Below, one piece after another: positions 50,791-60,267 of a stretch of 64,000 nucleotides of DNA. The stretch comes from Promethearchaeati archaeon. GTDB taxonomy: Archaea > Asgardarchaeota > Heimdallarchaeia > Heimdallarchaeales > Heimdallarchaeaceae. The DNA lies in NCBI GenBank assembly GCA_013166775.1, contig JABLTJ010000003.1:128001-192000 (forward strand), in the 5' to 3' direction. Every line of letters starts with the position of its first letter. Positions within the stretch are counted from its first letter, which is position 1. The notes under the pieces were generated by a model. The model searched no databases, had not been told where the DNA came from, and saw only the letters and a list, made by a program, of their open reading frames with translations. A program made the position numbers and the translations under genes.

Positions 50791-52299
50791 TTAGAATTTC
50801 TTTTTTTCTTGCTTACAGATAATTTGAGCAACAGTTCTCCCGCTCATAAAAGCGTTTGGTACTCCTCCACCAGGTACGGTCCAATGTCCTATCATAAAGA
50901 AATTTGCTAGATTTGGTAGTTCTTTTTTTATTGGTTTATTTTCAAAAAGATTCTCATTTGCCCAACCTTGAGTAGAACCTTGCCAATTATTTGTATATCT
51001 ATGGAAAGTAGCAGGAGTAGCAACATCAATCATATCAACATTTTCCTTAAGATTCTCGAAATGGTCATTCAACATATCAATAATTTGGGATGCGATTTCA
51101 GTTTTGATTTTCTTGTATTCTACTCTATTCTTAGCTCTTAACTCTCTCCAATATTCAAAATTTCTTGTTGAAAGTTCTACAATGAACAATGTTTTACCTA
51201 CTGGTACTAAAGGAGTTTCAAAGTTGAATATTCTCAATTTAAGAAGATCAAACACATTTCCATCAGGAGTCTTAAATGGTTTTTCAAGATTTATGAAAAA
51301 AGTTTGTGATTCATCTTTATACTCTTTATTTACTCCAACTGAGATCAAGATCATTGAAGGATTTAGATCAGCTTTGTTGTAAACCTTGCTTAGTTTTTCA
51401 TACAGATATTGTCCATCTAACAATTCGAAGAGAGTTGAATACCCATCCATTGCACTAATAACAATATCTGTGGAAATATATTCTCTATTTTCTAATGTGA
51501 TTCCGGTTACTTTGTCTTTCTTATTTTTTTCATCATAAGTTGTGTTAATCTTAGTAACTTTCGATTTATAGTGAATTTTTCCACCTAATTCTAGATATCT
51601 TCTTTCGAATTGTTTACTAAAGTTTAAGGAACCCCCTACTGGGAATCCTGAACGCTTCAAATCCATTTCTGTAAAAACAAGTATCTCAAAGAGAACAGGT
51701 GACAAGAAACTTCTCACAGCTTCCTTTATAAAAGGGTGCTTAAACATTTTCGAAAATTCTTCAGCAGTGATTTTTTGCCATTTCTGCATAATTTTCAAAG
51801 CTGGAAGTAATTTAACCATTTTTAAGTAATCAAATATATTATAAAATTCCATAGGTTTTCCAGCTATTATACTAAAAGCATCCATCTTCTGGAGTTTTCG
51901 TATATCTTTGATATAATCTTCAATAATAGGGGAGTCTTCAGGAGAGATTTCTTTCATATACTTCTCTAATTTCTCCAAATTGTAGTATTTGATGAATCTT
52001 TTCTTGTCTCTAGTAATAATGACAACTTCTTCTCCATCAAAAATTTCTAGATTCTTCATGTCTATTATTTCATCCCATAAATCGTACATAGGATGATCTG
52101 GGGAAGAACCTACTAAACCATGAATACTACCATCTATTGTGTAATCTTTCCTTTTCCAAGAAGTTACACATCCTCCAGGGAGATTGTGCAGTTCGTAAAT
52201 TTCTGTTTCAAATCCATGCTTCTGTAGATAGCAACCTGCTGTTAAACCTGCAATTCCAGCTCCAATAATAATGATTTTTCTTTGTGTCACATAAATCAC
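50791..52299 (-). CDS. Phytoene desaturase-like FAD-dependent oxidoreductase
   Basis: IIGAGIAGL dinucleotide motif, PGG, DVATPAT, GHWTVPGGGVP. Confidence 0.88.
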   Translation of the reverse strand: MIYVTQRKIIIIGAGIAGLTAGCYLQKHGFETEIYELHNLPGGCVTSWKRKDYTIDGSIHGLVGSSPDHPMYDLWDEIIDMKNLEIFDGEEVVIITRDKKRFIKYYNLEKLEKYMKEISPEDSPIIEDYIKDIRKLQKMDAFSIIAGKPMEFYNIFDYLKMVKLLPALKIMQKWQKITAEEFSKMFKHPFIKEAVRSFLSPVLFEILVFTEMDLKRSGFPVGGSLNFSKQFERRYLELGGKIHYKSKVTKINTTYDEKNKKDKVTGITLENREYISTDIVISAMDGYSTLFELLDGQYLYEKLSKVYNKADLNPSMILISVGVNKEYKDESQTFFINLEKPFKTPDGNVFDLLKLRIFNFETPLVPVGKTLFIVELSTRNFEYWRELRAKNRVEYKKIKTEIASQIIDMLNDHFENLKENVDMIDVATPATFHRYTNNWQGSTQGWANENLFENKPIKKELPNLANFFMIGHWTVPGGGVPNAFMSGRTVAQIICKQEKKKF

Positions 52300-52889
52300 A
52301 TACTTTGAATTAAATTGTCGATTAATATTTCTAGAAATTCATCTCTTTGCTTTTTATCATAGAAATCATAACCTGTTGTTTTTTGAATAACATCTGATCT
52401 GATAAATGCAAGTTGAGCACTAGATAATAATGTGTGTGCGATAATCATGATTTCCTCTTCTGGTTTATTATCTCCATAGATCTCTCTGAAAATCATCATG
52501 TATTTATCTATTGAACGTGATGTATTATCATCCACAGCAGGATTCAAATAATCGTGAATCATGGATATTCTTCCAAAGAGAGGATTGGTATCTATTAAGT
52601 CTCCTGTCCCCTTTAACATTATTTTAAGCTTATCAATTGAGGGCATTTTCATTGTTTCATAAATCGCATCCCAACGATCAATAATCATGTTAGTATCATA
52701 ACGAATAGCTTCGCTGATAAGTTTGTCTTTAGTTCTGAAATGATAATTGATGATTCCTACTCCCTTGATACCAGCTTTTTGTACAATTTTACGAACTGAA
52801 ACCTCATTTGTGTTTCCAGCTTCTCTCAATAATTCTAAAGTAGCATCTATGATTTTCTTTTTAGTATTTTCACTGCTCTTGCTTTTCAT
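52296..52889 (-). CDS. TetR/AcrR family transcriptional regulator
   Basis: N-terminal HTH VSVRKIVQKAGI..GIINYHFRTKDKL. ATG at 52889 preferred over 52919. Confidence 0.9.
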   Translation of the reverse strand: MKSKSSENTKKKIIDATLELLREAGNTNEVSVRKIVQKAGIKGVGIINYHFRTKDKLISEAIRYDTNMIIDRWDAIYETMKMPSIDKLKIMLKGTGDLIDTNPLFGRISMIHDYLNPAVDDNTSRSIDKYMMIFREIYGDNKPEEEIMIIAHTLLSSAQLAFIRSDVIQKTTGYDFYDKKQRDEFLEILIDNLIQSM

Positions 52890-53293
52890 ATTGAACACCG
52901 TTCTCGAACAGTTTTTCATCTTTAGGCCATCTGAATACTAGTAATGCTATGATCACAATTCCACTAACCACAGGTCCTGCTACCCAAGAAATTGGTTCTG
53001 GTGCTAATCCATCCCATAAGAACAAGTATGCAATCAGAGAGATGAATGAGGCTACAACTGCAACAATTCTCCATTCTTTCCGTTTCAAAAAAATTATAAT
53101 TCCTGCTGCAACAAATCCAATTATTGTTAGACTCCAAAGCATAAGACCAATAATTGTAACAGCTGTTTTCCCTAAAGCGTCAGATAATATCCATGATTGT
53201 CTAGTCCATCCAACATAATCACTTACTAAATTCAAACATTATATGTATTAAACCATGAATTATAAGAAAGGCTGATAATAATTTTCTTTTCAT
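52870..53293 (-). pseudogene. Small 4-TM membrane protein with 5' frameshift
   Basis: ATG 53293 gives MKRKLLSAFLIIHGLIHIMF, out of frame with GWTRQSWIL... The two parts together match the intact paralog at 58682..59092. Confidence 0.7.
52891..52913. promoter_or_regulatory. Second degenerate operator copy just upstream of tetR
   Basis: TTGAACACCGTTCTCGAACAGTT, beginning 2 nt from the tetR ATG. Confidence 0.55.
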
Positions 53294-53308
53294 TTTTTTC
53301 ACCAATTA

Positions 53309-53337
53309 TTGAACACTGTTTTGAACACTGTTCAAAA
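53309..53337. promoter_or_regulatory. Putative TetR operator (palindrome plus direct repeat)
   Basis: Perfect inverted repeat TTTTGAACA-C-TGTTCAAAA (53319-53337) with tandem TTGAACACTGTT (53309-53320). It lies between the minus-strand TATA box (53341-53348) and the ATG. Confidence 0.75.
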
Positions 53338-53527
53338 ACATATATAAACCTTTTGAAATGAAAGTTGAAAACAAAAAAAAGAGATAATTCTCCAAGCACT
53401 TAATCATCTGTTAGTTCTTTTAGATCCTCTATCTTTTGAAAAGAAATTGAAGGAGTGTTATAAATAAAAATATAACAGAGAGCTAATAATACTCTATCAA
53501 AGAAACTATTTTTTTTCCGATTTTGGT

Positions 53528-54436
53528 TTATTTAATCTGATAAGGTGATTCTCTCATTTGTTTGGAGAGTTTTTTCAAAGTAAGAACTTGCTCAACATTC
53601 TTCTTCCCATAACTATCATAGAGTTCTGCAGTCGTAAATCCATTGTCACTCGCTACTAAAATTTGATCAACAATTGAGAAACCTCCTAAAAGTTCTCCTT
53701 TGTTATCTATTCCTGGCATCACATCAGGATCTGCATATTTTTCCCTAATGAATTTAGGAACCTCTAAATATTCTGCTATCAGTTCTAATTGGCTTCGATA
53801 AATGTGAATCAAAGGCATTACATCTGCACAATGATCAACTCCCCATTTAGAAAAAGTTCCTGTTAACCATTCTGTTTTGTTAGCAGCTCCCACAACCATG
53901 AGATTATTTATCTCTGCATATTGGTAGAGAATTACCATTCGCATTCTGTGTTTTGTTACCGCATAAGCGTTACCTTTAGCAATCCAAGATTTTGCTTCTG
54001 GTTGTAAACGACCTGCTAATAAATTCTCTTCCTCCTCTTCAGACAGAATTTTAGATTTGCTTTTTCTTACAATAAAACAACGTAGTCTTCTGCTTGGAAT
54101 GAATCCAATAGGTAAGAGTCTGTATCCCTTTGCAGCTTTTACTAATGCAGTAATTTTTTTAGTTTTCAATTTCACTCCTAAATGCTTAGCAAGTTCGTTT
54201 GCATGTTTTTTATGTATTGGTTTACTATCCTTTTCAGGAAGATTGAATAACTGAACTCTTTCTGCACCTAAGCTCTTTACAGTAAGGGTAGCTGTTACAG
54301 CTGAATCCAAACCTCCACTTAATCCTACAACAGCACCATCCTTTCCAAGTTCTTTCATAGTAGTTCTGATGAGAGTCTCAATTTCCGTACAGATCGCTGG
54401 AATATTGATCTTGAGTTCTTGGAGTACTGAATTCAT
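53528..54436 (-). CDS. nadE: NH3-dependent NAD+ synthetase
   Basis: GLSGGLDS PP-loop, RMRMVILY, NKTE, FSKWG.D motifs. Confidence 0.88.
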   Translation of the reverse strand: MNSVLQELKINIPAICTEIETLIRTTMKELGKDGAVVGLSGGLDSAVTATLTVKSLGAERVQLFNLPEKDSKPIHKKHANELAKHLGVKLKTKKITALVKAAKGYRLLPIGFIPSRRLRCFIVRKSKSKILSEEEEENLLAGRLQPEAKSWIAKGNAYAVTKHRMRMVILYQYAEINNLMVVGAANKTEWLTGTFSKWGVDHCADVMPLIHIYRSQLELIAEYLEVPKFIREKYADPDVMPGIDNKGELLGGFSIVDQILVASDNGFTTAELYDSYGKKNVEQVLTLKKLSKQMRESPYQIK

Positions 54437-54674
54437 TGTAGACTACCTACTGTGATGAAAAATATATTTAGATAATTTAACGCTATACTAAGATAGGATA
54501 TTTAAAAAATTTGAGTAAATTAGTTTACATATTTTTAGAATTTAGATTTTAAGATTAGAAAATTAAAAGATCTTGAGATGAATTTAAAATTCCAAAATTT
54601 CTAAGTATTGAATGAGTTCGATGAATTTTCGGAAAAAATTTTAAATCCAATAACGAATTACTCTTGATACAGAT

Positions 54675-55334
54675 ATGAGTTTTGTTTTAATGAAAGTACT
54701 TGAGTCTGCTCCTCATAGATATGACAAAGGGATAAAGATTCTCACCTTGGGAAAGATTGACAAAGCATACGACAGATTAATTGAAAGTATAAAGAAAGAT
54801 GACAATACTTTAGATATAGGTTGTGGAACTGGAATGTTATCTTTTAGAGCTGTTCTCAAAGGAGCGAAAGTTACCGGTATTGATATTAATCCAGAGATGC
54901 TTGAAATTGCAAAGAAAAGAGTTAATGAGCTTGAAGTAAAAGATAAAATTGCGTTCCTTGAGATGGGAGTTGCAGAACTGGATCATTTTGAGAATGATTC
55001 TTTTGATGTAATAATGAGTGGTCTCTGCTTCTCAGAATTAAGTGATGATGAAATTTCTTTCACATTAAATCAAGTCAATCGAATCTTACGTAACGAAGGA
55101 AAATTTCTACTAATTGATGAGATAAGAAGTAAATCAATAGTTAAGAGAATCATTAACTGGTTTCTGAGGATACCTCTTGTTGTAATAACCTATATTCTTA
55201 CTCAAACTACTTCAAGAGCCTTGAAAAATATTGAAAAACGAATAACAGAGTCTAATTTACTAATACAATCTCGTAGGTCTAATTTCCTAGATAATTTTGT
55301 AGAATTTATTATAATTAAGGGGGATAAGAAATGA
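54675..55334 (+). CDS. Class I SAM-dependent methyltransferase, corrinoid-protein-associated (CpaM-like)
   Basis: LDIGCGTG, GIDIN, FDVI motifs. Stop overlaps the start of the HgcAB-like gene. Confidence 0.85.
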   Translation: MSFVLMKVLESAPHRYDKGIKILTLGKIDKAYDRLIESIKKDDNTLDIGCGTGMLSFRAVLKGAKVTGIDINPEMLEIAKKRVNELEVKDKIAFLEMGVAELDHFENDSFDVIMSGLCFSELSDDEISFTLNQVNRILRNEGKFLLIDEIRSKSIVKRIINWFLRIPLVVITYILTQTTSRALKNIEKRITESNLLIQSRRSNFLDNFVEFIIIKGDKK

Positions 55335-56473
55335 ATATTTCAAATTATATTTATTATGGTTTTTTCACAATTATTGAGACACTTCTAAGAATGTTTCCCT
55401 TTCCAGCTAAAACAGGATATCAAAAAGTAGGAAAACCAAATGAAGACTCTCCTGTCTTGTTAACGTGTAATTTTCATCTAACAATCTTAAGACTCAAGAA
55501 AGCTACTAGAGGTTTGAACTACCATCTTTTAATTGCAAACAGTAAGGGAATAAATGTTTGGTGTGCTGCTACAGGTGGTAGTTTAAACAATCACTCTGTG
55601 ATTTCAGTCATAAAAACAAGTGGAATTGAGAACAAAGTAAATCATAGAAAAATAATTTTACCTCAATTAGCTGCTTCTGGAGTAGAATCAAAAGTGATAC
55701 AACAAAATGTTGGATGGAAAATTCTTTGGGGACCAGTTAACGCTCAGGATATTCCTGAGTTTTTTGAATCAAGCTTTGAAAAAACCAATGAAATGAAACA
55801 AGTGGAGTTTAGATTTGTTCAGAGAATTGAAATGGCAATCATGTGGATTTTTCTTGCCACTGCTGTTTTGATGCCTATTTGGGGACCTTTGTTTAAACTT
55901 GAAGCAGCATTCTTATTGGCACAGATTTGTTTTATCTATTTCTTAGTTCTAATTTCTTTCCCAATCTTTGAAAGAATCTTTCAGAAAGAAATTGAAAAGA
56001 AGAAAGCGTTTTTCACTATAGGGAATCTTGTTGTTCTTTTAATAAATTTAGTTTATGCTGCTATTGGTGTAGTTTTGTATGTTATAGTATATCAGAAGGA
56101 TTATTCGTGGATTTTACTTAGGTGGAGTATAGTATCATTCCTACTAGTTCTATTGGTAAATATGGAACTTAAAGGATCATCTTCAACTTACAAAAGTGAT
56201 TCTCATGCAGATAAGCTGTATGATATAGCAGTAGATTTGGAGAAATGCAAAGGAACTGGAATTTGTGTTGATGTTTGTCCTCGTAATTGTTATGTTTTGG
56301 ATACTGAACAGAAGAAAATAACTATGCCGAGACAAAAATTCTGTGTTCAATGTGGTGCCTGTATTGTCCAGTGTCCTTTTGATGCACTCTATTTTATGAA
56401 TAGAAAAGGAGACATAATCCAGCCTGAAATAGTAAGAAAGTTCAAACTAAATTTAATGGGAAAAAGAACCTGA
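55331..56473 (+). CDS. Fused HgcA-HgcB-like protein (corrinoid-binding domain, TM domain, ferredoxin)
   Basis: SPVLLTCNF.LT, GINVWCAA cap helix, ILPQLAASG, WGPV, about 4 TMs, CKGTGICVDVCP and CVQCGACIVQCP. Confidence 0.9.
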   Translation: MNISNYIYYGFFTIIETLLRMFPFPAKTGYQKVGKPNEDSPVLLTCNFHLTILRLKKATRGLNYHLLIANSKGINVWCAATGGSLNNHSVISVIKTSGIENKVNHRKIILPQLAASGVESKVIQQNVGWKILWGPVNAQDIPEFFESSFEKTNEMKQVEFRFVQRIEMAIMWIFLATAVLMPIWGPLFKLEAAFLLAQICFIYFLVLISFPIFERIFQKEIEKKKAFFTIGNLVVLLINLVYAAIGVVLYVIVYQKDYSWILLRWSIVSFLLVLLVNMELKGSSSTYKSDSHADKLYDIAVDLEKCKGTGICVDVCPRNCYVLDTEQKKITMPRQKFCVQCGACIVQCPFDALYFMNRKGDIIQPEIVRKFKLNLMGKRT

Positions 56474-56513
56474 GAAAACATTCACAAGAATTTAGCTAGC
56501 TTTATCAAAGCCT

Positions 56514-57662
56514 ATGTATAAAATTTCTCAATATTCTGTGATGGAAATGAGAAAAAATCAGAACAATATTCTTGTGTTTTTCATAATTAGTATCTTAATA
56601 ATATCTTCTTCAATCCTTCTTATCTACATGAACAAAATTAATTTTCAATCAAATGAAGAACCAATCGCAGATTCCAATTGTTCAATTTTTACAGTAAAAG
56701 ATGAAACTTCAGTTTTCTTTGGAAATAATGAAGATGAAGGTGGAGATCGTAAGAGGACAGATATGTGGTTTGTTTGTGCTGCTGATAATCAATCTTATGG
56801 TTGTGTTTATGTAGGTTTTGCTGAGAACGAACCTGGAGGGGATGATGTTGATGGTATTGAAATTGGAGGTATGAATACAGAAGGACTCTGTTTTGATGGA
56901 AATGGTATCTTTCCAGGAGAAGATGTCAATTATAGAGAAGATTTAGGTTCTCATTATTATTATCTAACAAGTAGAGGGATAATTTTACGCGAATGTGCAA
57001 CTGTTGAAGAAGTAATTGTTTGGTATCAAACCCACAATATGGGAGGAACTTGGTGGGGACAAACACATTGGGCTGATAAAACTGGAGCTGCAGTTGTCGT
57101 GAGTCCTGCAGTGGATGGTAGCATAGCGTTCACTCGAATATCAGGAGATTTTCTGATATCAACAAATTTCAACGTTGATCATCCTGGTGGAACCTATTAT
57201 CCATGTCCTAGATTTAATTTTTTGACAACAAGATTAACTGACATAATAACAACAGATAATGTCTCCATAGAGACTTGTGCAAACCTATTGGAAGCAGTTC
57301 ATGTTCCTCAAACATTTGCATATGCAGGAACTGTTTACTCGAATGTTTATGATTTAAAGAAACAAATGATTTACCTTTACGTTCAAGGTAATTATGACGA
57401 TGTTGTAACTCTAAATCTTTCTGCTGAATTAGCTAAGGGTTATCATAGTTATATAATAGAAAACTTGGAAAGTTCTACTCCTGAGGAGCTATATAATGTC
57501 TCTAATCTCTGGCCAATAGAACCAAAGCTCAGTATTTCTTCTCTTGCTATTCTTCTTACGCTAGTTGCTGTCCCAATTTTCATTTCTGCTGGATACTGGA
57601 TTTTTGTAACAAGAAATATTCGTAAAGTAGATGATAAAAGAGGTAAGAAAGATGGTAATTGA
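56514..57662 (+). CDS. Membrane-anchored Ntn linear amide C-N hydrolase (C45/C59-like)
   Basis: Nucleophile Cys in NCSIF, FGNNED, GGMNTEGL, ISTNF, TVYSNVYDL. TMs at both ends. Confidence 0.8.
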   Translation: MYKISQYSVMEMRKNQNNILVFFIISILIISSSILLIYMNKINFQSNEEPIADSNCSIFTVKDETSVFFGNNEDEGGDRKRTDMWFVCAADNQSYGCVYVGFAENEPGGDDVDGIEIGGMNTEGLCFDGNGIFPGEDVNYREDLGSHYYYLTSRGIILRECATVEEVIVWYQTHNMGGTWWGQTHWADKTGAAVVVSPAVDGSIAFTRISGDFLISTNFNVDHPGGTYYPCPRFNFLTTRLTDIITTDNVSIETCANLLEAVHVPQTFAYAGTVYSNVYDLKKQMIYLYVQGNYDDVVTLNLSAELAKGYHSYIIENLESSTPEELYNVSNLWPIEPKLSISSLAILLTLVAVPIFISAGYWIFVTRNIRKVDDKRGKKDGN

Positions 57663-58653
57663 GTTGCAAAAAACCTCATCAATTTTACTGGCTATCTTGA
57701 TTCCAATTATAATTCTTGTACTAACAGTTATTATTAGTTATCTAGCTAAAAAAGAAAGTAATTCGAAAATAAATAGAGTTGCAAAATTCCTAACAGAACC
57801 TTTCCAATTTAAACCTTTATTGAAAGATTCTGACTTGTCAGAACTACCAGAAATTAAGACACGAAAGATTATTGGAAAGGAAATACTTTTCCGTTTAAAT
57901 CTTGTATATTATATTATCGTGATCTTTCTCCTTTGCAGTTTCTTAGGAGAGCTCTATCAAGTTCTTGCTGATCGTACATTATTAATAATCTTCACAAATA
58001 TTGTATCTGATTCAGCTCCTTCCAGCTCTATCTGGTCAACAATTGTAATTGAATCACCTTTTAGTTCTGGTTTTAGAGGATTTCAACCATGGTATGGAAT
58101 GTATCCCAATCCAATACTAGAATCTCAGTACTACCATCAAACATGGGAATGGATTTTTTACACTAGTGGAGTGTATAACAATTTCTTTCCAAATATGCAA
58201 TATCACTTCTTTGGAGAATCTGTGAATACATTGGTGTTTTCATTTTCAGGATTGCTTATGGTTTTCATGCTAATAATAGGAACAATATTTCTTCTCCCAT
58301 TGCTTTGGAAAGAAATACGAAAATCCTTTCTAGCTTCGTTATTCTTTTTGGAAGCAGGAATGATAATCGGAACAAAAGGAGTTTTTTCAAGCTTCGCTCA
58401 AGCTTGGAAAATAGAGGTAAACGATCAATTATTGCAGTATGGTGCGATTGCTATATCAAGAGCTTCAATTGCTGCAGAATGGGTGATTCTAGGACTAATC
58501 CCTGTTATAATAGGATTCTTCTTCTTCTTCCTCTGGATAGGAAAAAGAATCTGGAAAGTTCACTACTCACAAACAGAATCAATAAGTAAGAAGACATTTC
58601 TGATTGCTGTAAGTATAAACTATTTTGTAGCACTCATTGTTCTTCTTTTCTAA
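57631..58653 (+). CDS. Polytopic membrane protein, unknown function (likely start ATG 57652)
   Basis: About 6 TMs with an aromatic-rich loop. Overlaps the upstream stop. Confidence 0.65.
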   Translation: MIKEVRKMVIELQKTSSILLAILIPIIILVLTVIISYLAKKESNSKINRVAKFLTEPFQFKPLLKDSDLSELPEIKTRKIIGKEILFRLNLVYYIIVIFLLCSFLGELYQVLADRTLLIIFTNIVSDSAPSSSIWSTIVIESPFSSGFRGFQPWYGMYPNPILESQYYHQTWEWIFYTSGVYNNFFPNMQYHFFGESVNTLVFSFSGLLMVFMLIIGTIFLLPLLWKEIRKSFLASLFFLEAGMIIGTKGVFSSFAQAWKIEVNDQLLQYGAIAISRASIAAEWVILGLIPVIIGFFFFFLWIGKRIWKVHYSQTESISKKTFLIAVSINYFVALIVLLF

Positions 58654-58681
58654 AACCTAAGCTCTAAAAAGACTTGAGATA

Positions 58682-59092
58682 TTATCCGAAGATGATAATA
58701 TCTGAAGGCCATTTATCAATCAGTAGTGTAATTATGTTAACTATAGCAATTATAGGACCCAAAATGAAGTATTTTGGTTTTGGTTTTAATTCATTCCAGA
58801 AGAATGCAAATGCAAAAAGTGAGATGAATGAAGTAATGATATCAATTATTCTCCACGATTCATTCTTCGAGAGAATTACAATACCAGAGACAACAAAACC
58901 AACCATAACTAATATCCAGAGAACAATACCAACAATCTTTACTATTTTCTCATCAAGGAATCTATCTAGTAACCATGATTTTCTTGACCATCCAAAATAT
59001 CCTTCTTCCTCAGGTAGTTTAATATAAATTAGAAACATAAAGAAAACCAATCCATGAATTATGAGAAGAATTCCAAAAAGTATGTGCAACAT
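58682..59092 (-). CDS. Small 4-TM membrane protein
   Basis: LIIHGL...GWSRKSWLL...WR motifs. Paralog of 52870..53293. Confidence 0.75.
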   Translation of the reverse strand: MLHILFGILLIIHGLVFFMFLIYIKLPEEEGYFGWSRKSWLLDRFLDEKIVKIVGIVLWILVMVGFVVSGIVILSKNESWRIIDIITSFISLFAFAFFWNELKPKPKYFILGPIIAIVNIITLLIDKWPSDIIIFG

Positions 59093-59178
59093 ATGAGATT
59101 TTGGACTTAGTATCTATTTAAATTTTCTCCAATTTAATAAGAAACACATTTATTACATTTTTCAGTTCTTTATTTAGG

Positions 59179-60267
59179 ATGAAAATTGAACAGCAAGAAT
59201 CTATAGTTAGTTCTGTACAATCTGAAGTTGCTGATAAATCAGAAAAAGATGAGATCAATTTTGAAGAGAATAAGAAACGTTTTCTGAGTATTGATTTATT
59301 TAGAGGTTTAGCAATTGTAGGAATGGTTTTTGTCAATATTCTTACTGAGTTTGATAATACTCCTAGCTGGTCTAAACACGCTGTAGATTATGGTTTAACT
59401 TATGTAGATTTAATCGCTCCTTTCTTTATTTTTGCAATATCTTTGACTTATAAAATGTCCTTTGATAGTACATTGAAGAGAGAAGGTTATGTGAAAACAT
59501 ATACAAAATTTGTCACACGATATGGTGCCTTAGTGGGTTTTGGATTCATAGGAACTCTCTCTATCTTCACAAATGAAGGAATAAAATTTTCTTGGGGGGT
59601 TTTGCAAGCTATAGGTTATGCTGGTATTTTTACACTATTCTTTATTCTTCTTCCAAGAATTGTCAGATTTGTAATTGGTATAGGAACATTAGTTGGATAC
59701 CAATTTATCCTTAATATTTCAGTAGAAGTAGAAGGTGCAATGATGACTTTAGCAGATTTGAATTTACTAGATGAACACGGGGGAGTAATAGGTGGGATTG
59801 GTTATGCAGCCTTGATGTTAACAGGTACAGCTATCATAGATGATTTTAGAGAAAAAAGAAAACTTCCAATACTAGTTAGTGGAGTTGTTTTTTCAGCTAT
59901 TGGAACAACAATTCATTATATCTGGAAGTTCAAAGGAGTTCCACTTTATGGAGGATTGTCTAAGGAAAGAATGACAGTATCTTATGTGTTCCTTACATTG
60001 GGTTTAGGTGCAGTTTTGTTCTGGTTGATTTGGTATCTATTTGATAAAAAAGAAATTACCAAAGGTAAAAGCAAAATACTTCAGCCTTATGGGAGAAATT
60101 CACTTTTCTTGTACCTTCTTCATCCTCTTTTTATTCTGTTCGCAATTCTCTATCTACCAGAGAGCAGTCATGCAGCCTTGGTAATGTTTGTAGCTGCAGT
60201 AAATGTAGCAATTCTTTGGTTACTTGCATTTGTGTTGGATAGAAAAAAAATATACATAGTAATCTAA
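59179..60267 (+). CDS. HGSNAT-like (heparan-alpha-glucosaminide N-acetyltransferase family) membrane acyltransferase
   Basis: RFLSIDLFRGLAIVGMVFVN, H...GLTYVDLIAPFF, GVLQAIG, GRNSL.LY motifs. Confidence 0.85.
   Translation: MKIEQQESIVSSVQSEVADKSEKDEINFEENKKRFLSIDLFRGLAIVGMVFVNILTEFDNTPSWSKHAVDYGLTYVDLIAPFFIFAISLTYKMSFDSTLKREGYVKTYTKFVTRYGALVGFGFIGTLSIFTNEGIKFSWGVLQAIGYAGIFTLFFILLPRIVRFVIGIGTLVGYQFILNISVEVEGAMMTLADLNLLDEHGGVIGGIGYAALMLTGTAIIDDFREKRKLPILVSGVVFSAIGTTIHYIWKFKGVPLYGGLSKERMTVSYVFLTLGLGAVLFWLIWYLFDKKEITKGKSKILQPYGRNSLFLYLLHPLFILFAILYLPESSHAALVMFVAAVNVAILWLLAFVLDRKKIYIVI

Noticed and set aside
55331-56473. Calling this a bona fide mercury methylase (hgcA/hgcB)
   Set aside because: Fused architecture, NVWCAATGG instead of NVWCAAGK, and no HgcB C-terminal cysteines. 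Function is unproven, so no gene symbol was given.
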